64,000 nt of DNA. Source: Nymphaea colorata (lineage: Eukaryota). Shown here piece after piece: positions 26,168 to 40,200 of this stretch. Where the stretch lies: assembly GCF_008831285.2 (NCBI RefSeq), contig NC_045138.2, positions 30,070,001 through 30,134,000 of the forward strand. Direction: 5' to 3'. The position numbers were made by a program, and so were the translations under genes. The notes beneath the pieces are model-generated. The model saw nothing but the letters and a program-made list of their open reading frames with translations, did not search any database and was not told the DNA's origin. How positions within the stretch are numbered: position 1 is the stretch's first letter; each line of letters begins with the position of its first letter.

Positions 26168-29100
26168 TCAATTCAGAAAGACAAGTCTGCATGAATTAGG
26201 AGTTCCATATCTGCCCATGTGCACATGATACTGCTTAGTCCAAATGCTTGATGTTCTCCATCTGTACCTACAAGAATAAGGAAAAATATGCTTGCTATTT
26301 TGTGAAAATTCAGTGCTTCCTATGGTGCTCCTCTTTTTCTTTGTTGCAATGGATAATCCACCGTCATGGCTGGCAGTTGGCAATGGGGCTAGACAAAAAG
26401 CAGTAAACCTCTGCTTGGGGGATTTTCCCGAAGTGTCCATCAAAAGATCATTTTCTTTTTCTGATTCATAAAACAACACTTGATTTTTTATGGCCTCCAC
26501 TACCCTCTCTGCCTCGTTTGTTAGTCCAACAGAAGCCCAGGCATCTGCAACTAGCTCAATGCTGCTCTTTTCTGGTGCAATCCCTGCCTCCTCCATTAGC
26601 TGAAGCATCTCTTCAGCTTTCCATGGCTGTTTTGCTTCACTGAATCCCCATATCAGTGTATCAAATGTTTTTGTGGTTGGTGGTACACCAGACCTGCACA
26701 TTTCCTTGTAAACCCTCATTGCGTTTTCCATCTTTGCGGAACTACACCACCCACTAATGACTGTTGTGAAAATGACTACATTTGGACGTATGCTTGCTGC
26801 CCTCATTGACATCAGCAGGTTCTCTGCCTTTTCTGGCTGTCTAGCACGTACATATCCTTTGGCAAGAATGCTATACGCATGAATGTCAGGTTTTACTCCA
26901 GCGTCAATCATGTCGTTGAATATTTCACTGCATTTCTCCATGAGGCCTGCTGCACTCCATGCGTTCATTATTGTGCTAAAAGTTACAACGTCCGGCTTGA
27001 TGCCCAAACCTTCCATTAGCACCAGAACCTGTTTCATTGATTATAAATTTATAATATAAGCAATTGGCAACATAAGTAGTTCACTATCTGTTTTCAATAT
27101 TCAAAAGAAAAATGCACATCTTGACCCACTGCAAAGAAAGTAGATGACCATGGGATGCAAAATATACAACGTTACGCAGGCCTATCACGTTTGATTGATA
27201 TAAATTTATTGGTATCAGTAAGAACAAATAAGGAATTGGTTTGCCGCTGAAGTTTCAGGTATTGGTACATGTTCTCAAACAGTCATGCAAAATAACATGA
27301 CAAAGGTAATGGACCAGTAGAAGCTCTGCTGCAAAGAAAAGTGTTATCTAGCAACAAATCTGCGTATTCTGATCAAGCAGCTTCCTATCTTAAAAATGGA
27401 CCATCTATTTAACATCTTGCTTTATTTTGTTTTTCATGGAGACCAATCAAATGGGATTCAGACAATGAGAAAAAAACAAATTACAGTGATTACCAAATAT
27501 ACTGCTTTCTATTGTGATGATTGAAGCATTATTTTCGGGAAAATAAGCCAATTCGAAGTCTAAACTTTCATATTTGTTGCTGAACTTATTGCTTCTTCTG
27601 TTTAAGGGAAGCTCCTATCTTAATACTAATGAGTATTTAAATGATTTGACATTTCTTGTGCACCTAATCGCAAGTGCTAGGGGGACTAACCAGCAGATCT
27701 CACAAAAAGATTTCTGTAAGACATTAAGTGGCCTTATAACAGAGACAGAGAGAGAAGGAACTCAATATGACTAATATAATTAGAAGATCGAATCCAAAAA
27801 ATCACTTATATATATATATATGGTTTGGGCAAAATATAACCAGCAGATCTCACAAAAAGATTTCTGTAAGACCTAAGTGGCCTTGTAACAGAGAGACAGA
27901 GAGAGGACTCAATATGACTAATGTAATTAGAAGATTGAACCCAAAAAATCACTTATATATATATATATATATGGTTTGGGCGCTTAGGTATCCAGTGTCC
28001 TATGCTCTCAGCCTAGAAGTCTAATCTGCCACCAAGCCCCTGAACACACTTTGTTTTTCGGCCATAAAAGTTTCCGGTCAAATAAATGAAGCTGAAAGTA
28101 TGTGAGAAGACTGAAGTCTCGGAGTGGTACTGACCTCATCGACGCCTTCTGTATCATTGATATCAAGAAAACCTTTCAGTAATGCATTGCTAACCACTAG
28201 ATTTGGTGGTACCCCGAGATCCTTCATCCCATAAACGAAACGGATGGCGTCCTTCATTTTACCTTCTCTGCAATAACCATTTACAATGATTCCGCAGGTT
28301 CTCTCATTAGGCCGCACATTCAAATTCTTCATCTCCAAAATCACATCCTCTGCTTTTATTGTTTCACCATTCAGTGCGTAAGCTCTTGCCAATGTATTAT
28401 ATGACACAGTATCAGGGCGGATGCCAGACGATTTCATCTTATAAATTACATTGCGTGCTTCAGCAAAGTTCCTCTGGTTGCACCATGCTCTGATTAGAAT
28501 GTTGTACGTCCTCTGATTTGGCTTTGCCTCTTCTTCCTGAAACATGATGTCTAGTATTTTTAGGCACTCTTCAGGCTTACCAGCAATTCCATAACCTTTC
28601 ATCAAGGTGTTGAATGTGCTTGTCGTCGGTTTACAGCCACTACCCTTCATTTTCCAGAAAGTTTCCATGGCTTTCTGAACCTTCCCAGCCTCTGAGTATG
28701 CATTGATAACGGCATTGAAGAAAATTGAATCAGGCTTTATCCCGGACGCTTCAACCTGAGAAACCAGCGAACTAATTGAGGAGAAACGCTTCTGGACGGT
28801 TAAAGCAGTCAGCAGCGTTGTGAACGTTATAAGTGAGGGCCTGTGCCCCTCCTTGATCATATCGTCGAATATGGTTTCCACTTCATGACTCCTTTTGTTT
28901 TCCATTAAAATTTTCATCAGCTTCGTTCTCGAACGGACCACCTGACAGTTTCCATTTTCTGAGCAAACAGAGCATGGTGGAGGAGTTTGGGAGATGGCAC
29001 TAGTAACTGGTCTGCAACCATTTGATTGTTGCATCTGGCAAGTTGAAGTATAAAAAATTTATAAGCAACCAAAGTCCTAGACACCCAAGTTCCAGTTTCA

Positions 29101-29243
29101 CTATACCAAAGGCTAAAACGGGGGTGAAAAAATTGGTTCCTTATTTGCTAGATGTCACATACTTGATTCCCATCCTCCTGATCCACTCTTTTCTTGCTGG
29201 AATCCGTAGTTGGGGAGTCCAACAAAGGCTTCTGCAGTCCCAT
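26168..29243 (-). CDS. P-class pentatricopeptide repeat protein (At5g25630/At5g21222-like), 3 coding exons, ~613 aa
   Basis: Exons 29163-29243, 28135-29034, 26168-27028; 1842 nt in frame. Tandem 35-aa PPR motifs ([80 protein letters not shown]). N-terminal Cxx[10 protein letters not shown]. Probable 5'-UTR intron 29312-30193. Confidence 0.9.
27687..27981. repeat. Two-copy tandem duplication, ~150-bp unit (PPR intron)
   Basis: TAACCAGCAGATCTCACAAAAAGATTTCTGTAAGAC...TATATGGTTTGGGC at 27687 and 27837, with a few substitutions. Confidence 0.95.
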
Positions 29244-32200
29244 TATTTCACAGTAGTCTCCTGTTGTGGTGGTTCTTTTTTAGACGCCAATGTCTGCTAA
29301 CCACTCTCCATCTATAAGCATTACAAGCAATTTATCAATTCATTATTGCATTGCCTCAAATTTTCTAGCGCTTTCAGATTAAACTATCAAATGGACGCAC
29401 CGAAAGCAGGATAGGCATCACAGGGGAAAACCATGGAAAACAATGAATAAGTACTCATCATGGTACCAGTATGTAGAGGAAGCTATTTGTGAAGCAGAAG
29501 CAAGCGACTGCATTACATCTATATCACTCTTGCTTGGAAAGAATAATTCTGGAAAACACAAAGTTACTGAGATAGATTCAAGTTTTGTTACATCTAGAAC
29601 ATAATCGAGCCAACCAAGTACCAAATTTCAACTTAATTTTAAGGGGAGCGACAAACACAAAGAGCGTAAACTCCAGATAGCAGCAGAAAGCAAAAGAAAT
29701 GCGAAACAATCAAACAATTCAAACACCACGAGATAGGAGATCGAGGTTCATGTAAGACGGTTAACGTGCTGCCAGAAGTCTGAAGACACAGTAATGAACT
29801 TCGCTCATCAACTATCTGCAAGGGGAGGAATAGATTTTAAAATCTACGTTCAGAAGAATGCAACTTCAGCAGCGAATGACACGGGGTTGAAGCAAACATC
29901 AAAAGGAACGATTCAACACTTCAACGAGGAGTCCTGCTGCTACCACTCATGAAAGATATGAACAAAGACAAAAGCGTTATAAAATTTTGTCCATATTATA
30001 GCAGAAGAGCTGGAATGCTGAGACAACAACCAAGATTTATAGAAGACAAATGCCGAAAAGCGAAAGCATCACCTTTTACGGTTGCAGAACCATTCACGAA
30101 GCTTGGAAATGGAGGGGAAACGTGAGTGGCGAAGGTAGGGAGACGAAGAGAAATAGAGAGGAAGAGGGAGAGAGAGACAGCCAATAAGGCTACCTTATCC
30201 TCGATATCGGGTCGACATGTATTTTTGCAGAATTCTGCAGCATGAAAAAAAAAGGTACCGCAAGATTACCAATAATGCACCTGGTTTTTCATTTATGACG
30301 AGAAGAAGGTTCAACTGAATCTCCAATGATGCACCTTCACTTTTCGTTTATAACAAGGACTACCATCAACCATAGGGGACTCGCCTTTTATGAAACACGA
30401 GCTGATTCTCCATCTTTTTTTTTTTGTAGAACAACAATTTATAGCCAAATCCAATCTTTATATTCCAAAACTCCCATCTCCACCACCAATTTCCAAGCAC
30501 TTCCAATTTTTCAGTAACAGAGTTATCAGTTAAAATCAAACCCACACAATTACGGCCAAGGTTGAGAACATGTGATAAAAAGCCCACAAAATTTTATATA
30601 TAAAAATTTTATTAATTTTCAGTATGTACCTTTAAAGCTTGAAATTTAAATTAGAGGGTCCCTTCACCAAAAATTTCTGATTCTGCTGTTTTGGAGTGGT
30701 GTTTCTTTCTTAAGATATGGTGCCCGAGGCATATCCATCAAGTGGTCTGGGCCTCTAAAAGTATTGTCCTCACATTTTTTGAGGTCCAGAGCGTTGGTGG
30801 CACCAGAAATTTGAGTAGACTGCAAATGAAAAGTTTGAGCTTAATGAGGCAGGAGGTTGCATGTTCGAACTTCGGAGATGACACTGAAAGCCACAGGCCC
30901 ACAAGAACCCCTCTCCCCTTTGGAATGGGAGACCAGGTTGCATGTTCGGGAAGTAGTATTTGGCCGGAATACATGACCTCTCAATGGAAGAATGAAAGCA
31001 TGATCGGTTTCAGAACATATATTCATATGAATATATGATTTATATTCTCGTGTTATATATTCGCCAAGCAGCTAAATGTAATGGATTCAAGTATCAGCAT
31101 GTCGTCAATTTTTCATCAACAGTTAAAGCAGATTTCTGTAAAACATTCAAAAGTAAATTTTACTTATAGATATAAAGTAGCTATAAGTTATTAAACTGGC
31201 CTACACGCTAAGACATCTCACCTTCATAATAAAGGGAAGCAGGTTTATGTGTCTAATTGATCTTTTTACCTATTCCAGATTTTACATCCCCCGTAAAAAT
31301 GAGCATAAACAAACGGGCTCATCCTGATCGAATTGGTGACAAAACGATTTGATTCATTGGCGAGTTTTCTTATATTTTAATTTATCTTAAAAAAATAAAT
31401 TTAATAAATATTTTTGCCAACTCATAACTGAATTAGCAACTTGTCCATTCAAGTCAATGTTTAATTTTTAATAAAGCATATAGTCTAATTAAATTGAACT
31501 ACCTGCTTGTTGGTTTTGTTTTTTTTTCATATCTAGCCCACATTAAACCTACTTGGGTCTCTTTGCATAAGTAATTAAGGATATGAACCCTTTCAGTTTA
31601 GGGCGGTCTCAGTCTTTGGCGGATTTGGCTCAATTGGATTCTTATGTAATCGCCTTCTACTTTGAAATCTATTTTGGAAAAAAAGAAGGATTTGGATCAT
31701 GTAATCAAGTTGGATGTTTATTAGATACTAATCAGATCATATCAAAATGAATTTATATTTAATTATCAAACTACGTATGGAATCGGGATTTGATTAGTGA
31801 TCACATCTTAATTTTTTTTATCAATCTGACTGAACGATTTCAAAATCAAATAAATAATTGAATATATCTGATCCATACTTATGGATCAGTAGCTTTTGAC
31901 TTTTTCATGTTAGAGTGAGAAGGAGGATTATCCCCACCACTCTAACAAGAGCCTATGCTCCCTCTCCTTCTTTCCTTGCAGACAACCAGCTCAGACCTAG
32001 AGATGTCCATGTCCATGTGCTTCAACTTACATTTAAAGACTCACCTCACTTTTTGATATTATAGCATAGCTTGCGGGTCCGAAGATGCGCCATATAATGT
32101 GCCCTAACTTGTCCACTTGAGCTACGTCCCACACCAAATTGTTTTCATTTTTAGCCTACTTTTATTTACAATTAAAAAAAAAAAGACGGTCAAACTTTAT

Positions 32201-32660
32201 AAAATATGTTAAAAAAACTCGTCATGAAATTCGGTTAACTTGAAAAATTGCAAACATTAGCTACATTTTTCAATATTATTTTCTTGTTTAAATTATATTT
32301 TTTCAGTTGATTTTTTTTTTTTGGTTTCTTCTGTCAGCACAACTTTATTTCATTAAGTGACAGTTTTCAAAAATAAAAAGCAAGGAATTTATTAACAACT
32401 GTAAAAAATGGTGCTTTTTCTAATTATAGGTAAAAGGTAAGCTCAAAAATGAAATTTTCTTTATAAATGAAAATTTCCTGGTTGAGGCAGGGAATATTAT
32501 AAGACAGAGAAATGTTAGGTTCCAAAAGATGCTGATGGAAGATTCACCAATATAAAATGGAGAAGCATGACCTTCCACTTTCTTTCTTCCACCCTCAGGC
32601 TGTCTCCCTCTCTCTTTCTCTCTTCCCTCCACTTTCTTTTTTTGGTATCGCAGCCCTAAT

Positions 32661-35600
32661 ATGCTGGTTAGGTTGTGGAAATGGTATCAGAGATGCCTCA
32701 CCCAGTATCCGCTTACGACTCAGGTCGTCAGTTCCGGGATTCTTTGGGGTGTTGGAGATGTCTCAGCTCAGTCCGTCACCCATTTCTCCAAGAAGAGTCA
32801 TCGACTTGATCACCAGGTAATAGCCACCACCTGATCACTACATGTGTTTTAGCTCATTGTGTCTAGGGATTCCTTTTCCGCCTTTCATTGGTCTTCACTT
32901 AGTTGGTTTGAGATTTTGAGTATTGGGCATGCTTTACTATTGGTCGCTTTTTTGCATTGGCTGCTAATCACGCTGGTTGCTTCTTTCCCTCTTTCTCCAT
33001 TTTCCTTACCATTGTTGCCTTTGACGGCCTGCACTTTTTGTTTTTGGTGATGGTTCTGTCGTCGGAAGGTAAACAATTGATGTGTGCGTGGTTGTTTTGT
33101 TTTTCAAATGACTATGCAATCCTTGCCATGTGGTATGAATGTTATATTTCTTGTGTTTCTATACCTTTTCGTATTTTTCTGAGATACGCCGTAAATTCCC
33201 TATTCCTGTTTCTGGTGTTTGAAATTATAAGGTGTGTTCGCTTCCACTTGTGCCATTTTTGCTCCCATGAGGTTAGAAGTTTCGGTGCTTTGTGTTGGCA
33301 CGAGCATTGGGCAGGCCTCTTTTTTTTTTCATCCGGAATGCAATGGAAACCTGACGGTGTTACCTATTTTCTAGTTTAGGCATATCTCTATCATCAATCA
33401 TTGAATTTCAGTTTCAAGCGGTTGCACTGTGCTGGTGCTCGAAAAGATAGGTTATTCTAATTTTGATTAATTGGGAGGATATATTTGTTTTTGAAGGTAA
33501 TATGGATCATTTTGGTGAAATTGGTGGCAATGGGTGCTTAGGGAAGTCACTCGGTTACTCGTTATAGTTACGAACGTTCTTGCGGCTTGGCGCAGAAATA
33601 CTGTTCTGAACCATGAGGTTTTTAGCCTATAGCCAATCCTCCGTTCCATGGCATAGCCTCCATGGTGTAGTTCATGGAGTATCTTGATTCTTGAGAACTC
33701 GAGATATATGTTTGCAACTTTCTGTACATAGCGACTGCCATAACTTGCATCTACTGTATAGCATTCAACGTCTCTCATCAAGTGGGCTTTTAGTTTGCTT
33801 ACGGATAGCATATAGGCTGATACAGATCAGTCCAGGTTGGCCTATTTTCTTTTTTTATTTAAGGAAACTAATTGCTTTTTCTTTGAGAATGTTATTTGAA
33901 AATTGAAAAGGTGCATTTTTTCTTTGGCCTGTATCAGCCAATATTCTATCTTCAAAGGACAGATGTGGTGCGTATTATATGATTCTGACAATATTATCCA
34001 GAGCAGGACAAGCTCCTCCTCCGTTTACAACCAACAAAAAAGAGAAACTAACCGCTTACTGGAGGATAAGTGAACCCAGGGTTAAGAGAGAGTTTACATG
34101 CGAACCCACTTCCACTGTACAGCCATGTTTCAAGTTTATGTTGGTTTGTGTGTTGAGAATCAGCCGAGATGACAGATTTCTTGGATATCAAGAATACTAA
34201 ATCTTATGTGTTCACGTCTGTGTCATGAAATATCTCCAAAAGAGGTGCGCTCAATCACAAACATAAGCCTTCCAGATGTGCTTAACAAGCTCCTGAAATA
34301 TTTGTTATCCAAGTCCCTTTTTTCAGTTGACATATTAAGAGAGTGAGAGAAATCTTTTACCAGCAATAGCATGATAGGTTTTATTCAGTTGGTGCTTTGT
34401 GTACACTATCCCCTCCCATAGATGCAGATAATTGAAGTGGCAACGTTCACGTACCTTGCATAACTAGGTTGTTCAACTTTATATGAACATGAAATAGTTT
34501 AGTCACGTCTTGACTGATAATAAGTCATCATCAACAGACTAACTGCAGACTCTTTTTCCCATTTTTATGACCTGATTATGTTTATGCGCACCCACCCTAA
34601 TTATTGCTAACTGTAGACTCTTTTTCTCATTTTTATGAACTGGTTATGTTTATCATTATGTTCACCCACCCTAATTATTGCTGGTATTATGGTGCTTGAA
34701 CAGGAAGCGGAAGATCTTAAGATCAGCTGGAAAAGAGTAGCTTTTACTAGCTTATTTGGCTTCACATTTGTTGGACCGGTTGGCAATTACTGGTAATCTT
34801 TTTTTCTTTTCAAAAGCATGCTTGCTCCAAAAATCTGAACGATGGACAGTTTGGCTGTACTGTTAAAATGCAACTTGGCCTGGACAATTCAACTAACTTC
34901 TTTCAATCTCTTGAATCACTTGTACCCATGCTTTATCTTTGTGAAGGACTTGTTGATAGATGACATGGTGCATACCTTACCAAGTGGAGGCTACTTTTGG
35001 CAGCTCTAAATGCAATGGACAATTCAACCACTTTTTTCAATCTCTTGAATCACTTGCACCCATGGTTTATCTTTGTTAAGGACTTGGTTGATAGATGACA
35101 TGATGTACACGTTACCAAGTAGAGGCTATTTTTGGCTTGTTGACCTATAAACAAGTAAACCATGCTACAAGTCTACTTAATCAACTATTAATTATTCTGT
35201 CTTCCAAAGGAACGGAGAAAACTGTTTGACTTGAAATTGCATGTCTGAAATCATATCGGCCCTCACTGCAACGATGAAATAGGTTGGCCCTTCACCATGT
35301 CTGCTGATACGAGGCTTATATAAGCCACATCAGCCTCTAGTGGTCAAAAAGTTCCTGTCTTGACTGATATACAGATAAAATTATATTAAAGTTAATTTTG
35401 TTAAATATAAAAAACATTTGAAAGTCAACAATACAGGTCAAAATGGAGCAGCCCATAACTTATGGTGTAACATTGAAAAGAATTATAGTGCTCCAACTGA
35501 TACTGACTATTTGCTTTAGCAACGTCCTTGCAAAAGTACAACTCTGGACTGATCTGAAATAGTTGTTGCTATCTTCCTTATGATTGATGAATGGCTTTGT

Positions 35601-36592
35601 CAAATTTGGATTTATCTTCTGGTATAAACTAATTTATGTGGAAACAGCCAGCTGGACATATTAAACTAGGTAGATTTGCATCTTTTCCATTTTTTTTCTT
35701 TTTGTTTCGTATTTGTGTTTGCTGAAATTGTGTTTCCTTCACAACTGTATGAAGGCTCTTTCAAAGATTACCTCAACTCACTGAATGAACAAATCCTTTA
35801 AAAGTTGTGTGTGAATTTCGTTTTCCCTTTTATGTGGAGATGCCTTCAATTTTCTGGGATCCTTTTTTACGATGTGTAAAGATTTTCAGTAGCTTCCACT
35901 TGTCTACTCTTGTTACCTGTAAGTATGAACATTTGATTTTCTGTGGAAAGAAAAGAGAAATCGATCTAGAGATTGCAGGGATCCAAGTATGGTCAGGCTA
36001 ATGTAGCTTTGTTTGCCTTCTCTATACATGTCAATTTAGTTTCCACCTGCCTATTCACTTTCTGGTAATCTGCTTGTAACTGTTCTAAGAAAGATGAGAA
36101 TAGCCAATAAGATACAAAAATAGCACTGGTTTCATTTACTTCTTTCCTTCAATACTTCTCTGGATTTTTTACGTTGTCTCATGCAGGTACGAAGGTTTGG
36201 ACCGTTTCATAAAGCACCGACTTCGATTCATGCCTAACACGGTGGGCTTTGTAACTGCAAAAGTGGCAGCTGATGGGCTTCTCTTTGGACCACTAGATTT
36301 ATTAACATTTTTCACATATATGGGATTCTCCAGCGGCAAGAGTTTTGAGCAGGTCAAGGATGATGTAAAAAGAGATTTCCTGCCAGCATTTATTTTAGAA
36401 GGTGCTGTATGGCCGCTGGCACAGGCAGCGAACTTTCGCTATATCCCAGTCAGATACCAACTATTGTATGTCAACGTCTTTTGCTTGTTGGATAGTGCAT
36501 TCTTGTCATGGGTTGAGCAGCAAGAAGACGCACCATGGAAGCAATGGATTACTTCTCTCGTAACTCTGAAAGAAGAGGAAGGGCAGAGATGA
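32661..36592 (+). CDS. Mpv17/PMP22 family membrane protein (MPV17/SYM1-like), 3 exons, ~216 aa
   Basis: Exons 32661-32816, 34704-34792, 36187-36592; 651 nt in frame. Motifs LWKWYQRCLTQYPLTTQVVSSGILWGVGD, WKRV...FGFTFVGPVGNYWY, KVAADGLLFGP, WPLAQAANFRYIPVRYQLLYVN. Confidence 0.92.
34539..34682. repeat. Diverged two-copy tandem duplication, ~68-bp period
   Basis: CTAACTG(C/T)AGACTCTTTTTC..ATTTTTATGA...CACCCACCCTAATTATTGCT at 34539 and 34607, just upstream of the exon-2 acceptor. Confidence 0.85.
34881..35136. repeat. Diverged two-copy tandem duplication, ~135-bp period
   Basis: TGGACAATTCAAC...CAATCTCTTGAATCACTTG...TTACCAAGT.GAGGCTA.TTTTGGC at 34881 and 35016. Confidence 0.9.
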
Positions 36593-37294
36593 CTCGTCTT
36601 TTCATTCTTTCCTCTGCTGTTGTGCGTAAATTGATTTTTTTCTCCTCCCCATATTAATTCATGTACATGTGAAAAAACTACATGAATACTTGCTAAATGT
36701 TGTTTCTGAAGGGGCTGATTGTTCTGTATACAATTTCTCTATCAACAAGTGTCCCATTTTCTGCCTTAGTTGTTATTTCATTCATGTTATTGCATTTTTA
36801 GATAAGCGCTATGGCACATTCATTCTCTAAAGTGCTGCTTCATCTCATCTGACCTATGTTTCATAGCCATGTAAGTTAACATACCTGGAGTAACCATTAT
36901 CATGCATGGGTACAACCCCTTTGCAAGTGTATGGCAAAGACGGAAACAACATATGGCCAAGCTACTTATGATGTGCATGATAGCAGAGAAATGAAGTCAA
37001 TCTCTGCATTAATATGCCCATCACAAAATGCGGCACTCTCCTCATTCTACAGTCTCTATTTCTGTTGTCTTTGTTTAATCATGCATCTGAATAAACTTTC
37101 AAAATCATGGGAACAGTCAAAACCATGCACAACTCACATGAAACTTGTATGGTATAAGTACAAGAGGAATCCTAATTCACTGTAATAGTTTCTGCTACAT
37201 GTTGGGCACACGTAGTTCTCCAGTTGGTCATCTGATGCACGTAAGAAGGCTTTCCTCTTAGAATTCACTCCCTTGACAGATGGATTCTTTGCTC

Positions 37295-40200
37295 TCAAGC
37301 GTATGAACTAAAACCCCCTCCAAGTGGTACCCTTGGCTTAAACACAGCAACTGCTGACAAGTACGGACAGCGATTGAAGCAAATGCTCTGCATACAACAC
37401 ATCAGTAGGTGAACGTTATACCTAAATTCGGCCTTAGAAGCTTGGCCAACAAAAGAAAATAGTAAATGTCTAACATGCTAATGAAAGCCCTTTTTGTATC
37501 TACGTGTCCGAAAGGACAGTCAGAAAAACCATCTCGTCGACCACATTTGTTTTGGTACGACCCCCATGTGAGGGGCAAAAAATAGGCTTTACATAAATTA
37601 AGCAGAAAGGACCAGTTTTTGCAGCTGATAATTGAGCTCTAACATAACTCACGAGAATAGATTTTCCCATGAAGTCTCCTAATATTCTGCATTCATTAAT
37701 TGCTGGCAAACACAATTCACAATATCAGTATTTCACGGTTAGAGAATGGATCCTGTTTCATCTCTTGTTTGCAAATCACATAAATTCACTCCCTGCCGAC
37801 ATGAAGCTATAGTTACAAGCATCTCATCTAGCTTCCCGTAAACAGACCACATCCTCATGGGCAGTTTTTGTCCATCAAGAATGATGACCTTTTGTTGCTA
37901 CAGGAAGGTGCTTTTGTGTGAGTGCGTATGAAAAACCAAATGAAACTTACCGGTATGCTCAGCAGCAATCCCTGTGAATCAACGAGGACAGGCAAGCCTC
38001 TTCGTGCAGAAACAGGGATGGATTGCAAGGTCTGAAGAGCTCTCCTTGCTGACCATAATGTGTAATCATAGCATGTACCTTGAACAACCTTTTTCAGGGA
38101 AGGTGGAGATGAATTTTTCTGGTTTTGACATTCTTTAAGAAAATTAGTCCTTGTTAGGTTAGAAAGATATATCCAGTCAGTATCTTCCATGCCGCGAACT
38201 ACTAGTGCCTCATCTTTAACTGCATGCAAAATGCAATCACAAGTCAAACTGCACTGGTTGAGGTCATTCCTCGAGACCTCTGACAAAAACTCATTTTCTG
38301 CAACCAAGTCACAAAGCTTCCATGTGACCAGGAACCTGTACATAAAATAAGTTTGTTCTCCAGCACAAAGCGGCTGCCCTGATAAAGTTGCAACATATTT
38401 CCTTTCATGCTTTATCTCAAATTGAGTTTTAGATTTTGCATCGGAAATGAAACGTTGGGATTCTTCATATTGCATAGATCCAACTCTCTCAACAGTGAGC
38501 TCACTCAGAAGATTCAACTTCCGCGCTTCTTCCAAAAAGGACCCAGGGCAACTGGCCTGCAGAAGAGCCATATATAATACATTTTCCACTACATAACCAT
38601 GAACAGACTTTGCAGCTTCTACGATTTCTCCAACCTCATTAAAAGGGCATGACAGGTACTGTTTGCAATTGTAAGTGCGGGATAGTTCAAGGTTTGATGG
38701 TTGAGGAGAATCATGAGAAAAACAAACCGCTATTTTGGTGCCTTTAGTCCTTGGAACAGCACAAAGGTAACAACCAGCAGCAGTGAGTGAGTTCTGCAAG
38801 TATGCATAAATGAGTCAAAACTCACTGGAATTATTTTTATCATTTTTGTTCTTAAGTTCAAGACAGCAATCAACTCTTTCCCAGTTCTAAGGCAATACCA
38901 ACAAAAGTTGACAACATGGTCAGTCAAATCACACAGTAGCCACCGTGGGGGACACATCTTGTTCAGAACGCCTAGATTTCACAATAGTTTTAGATTAGTT
39001 TGCAACTTTGCATTAAGGAGATCAATTTTGCATACTAAAATCATTACCATTATGTAAAGTTGCACCATCTTTGCAATGGCTTCTGTGTAGTACTTAATGT
39101 ATTATTTACCTATTTATTTTAATCAAGCACAAAACATGGCATCCATGAACAAAACTACATTCTCCTCACTGTGTCTTTATATCTTTTTCTCTTTTTATTT
39201 GGTGTCATATATGACCTAAGGGTATTGAACAAAATTTATCTGAGATACTTTCAAATTTATGAATTTCCTGGGTCTTCATCTTCCTTCCTGTCACATCGGA
39301 CCCTCAGATCTTCAGTTGTCAAACAAACCTAGCAAGTTCATCATGCTCTCAATGACAAAGACTGTTCACTTGTGGATTTTCTTTGTATTAATTGCCAGTA
39401 CAAGTTTTCTTCAACATTAGGTTGTGTGACTTTATTGATGTTCTGCATGTGTTCTCACAGATCAAGTTCCACAAACCATGTAAAACATAATTGCAGGCAA
39501 GGTGTCACCTTTCTGTTTTTTTCTTTTTCAAGTTTATATAACTCCTCATGTAAACAAACAATCAGGACGAAAAACCATATATGGGGCAAGGTGGCATTGT
39601 CATACATTCTATGATTCTATCTGCCAACTTTATGTTATTTTACAATAAGATACAATTTCCTTCTTACTCTGCAAATTATCAGATACAGAGTTCAGTTTTT
39701 TGCAAAAAATTCACTTACTAATAGTATGTTCATTCTTAGCCCCAGAAAGAATTATAGATCGTAGAATTTAAGCAACAGAGTCAAATAAGACATTACACAT
39801 ACATCTTTTATCATCACAAGCAAGATAGAGAACAATCTCATGTACAAGTCAATAGTTCTTGCACATGGACATAGGTAAAAAACGCAGGAACCAATATTGA
39901 TATTCCTTTTAGTTTTGCAAAGCATTAGTCATTCATGATCGCATGAACTGTAACTCCAATGTAACAGTACTACCACAGGGTTTCAAGTTTTGAACCCTTG
40001 CATTTCTAAAATCTTACAATATCAAGTGCAGGTTCTAAGATTTACTGAAAATGAAAACAGTACCAGCATGGCTGAGTTGACACAACCTTGCACGGGAAGG
40101 TACGGATGTAGTCCAATAATAGTTTTGAAGTGTTACCTCGAACAGGCCTGTGCCTTTGTGAGACAAACTGTCACAAACAAATAAATATTAGGCAGTCAAG

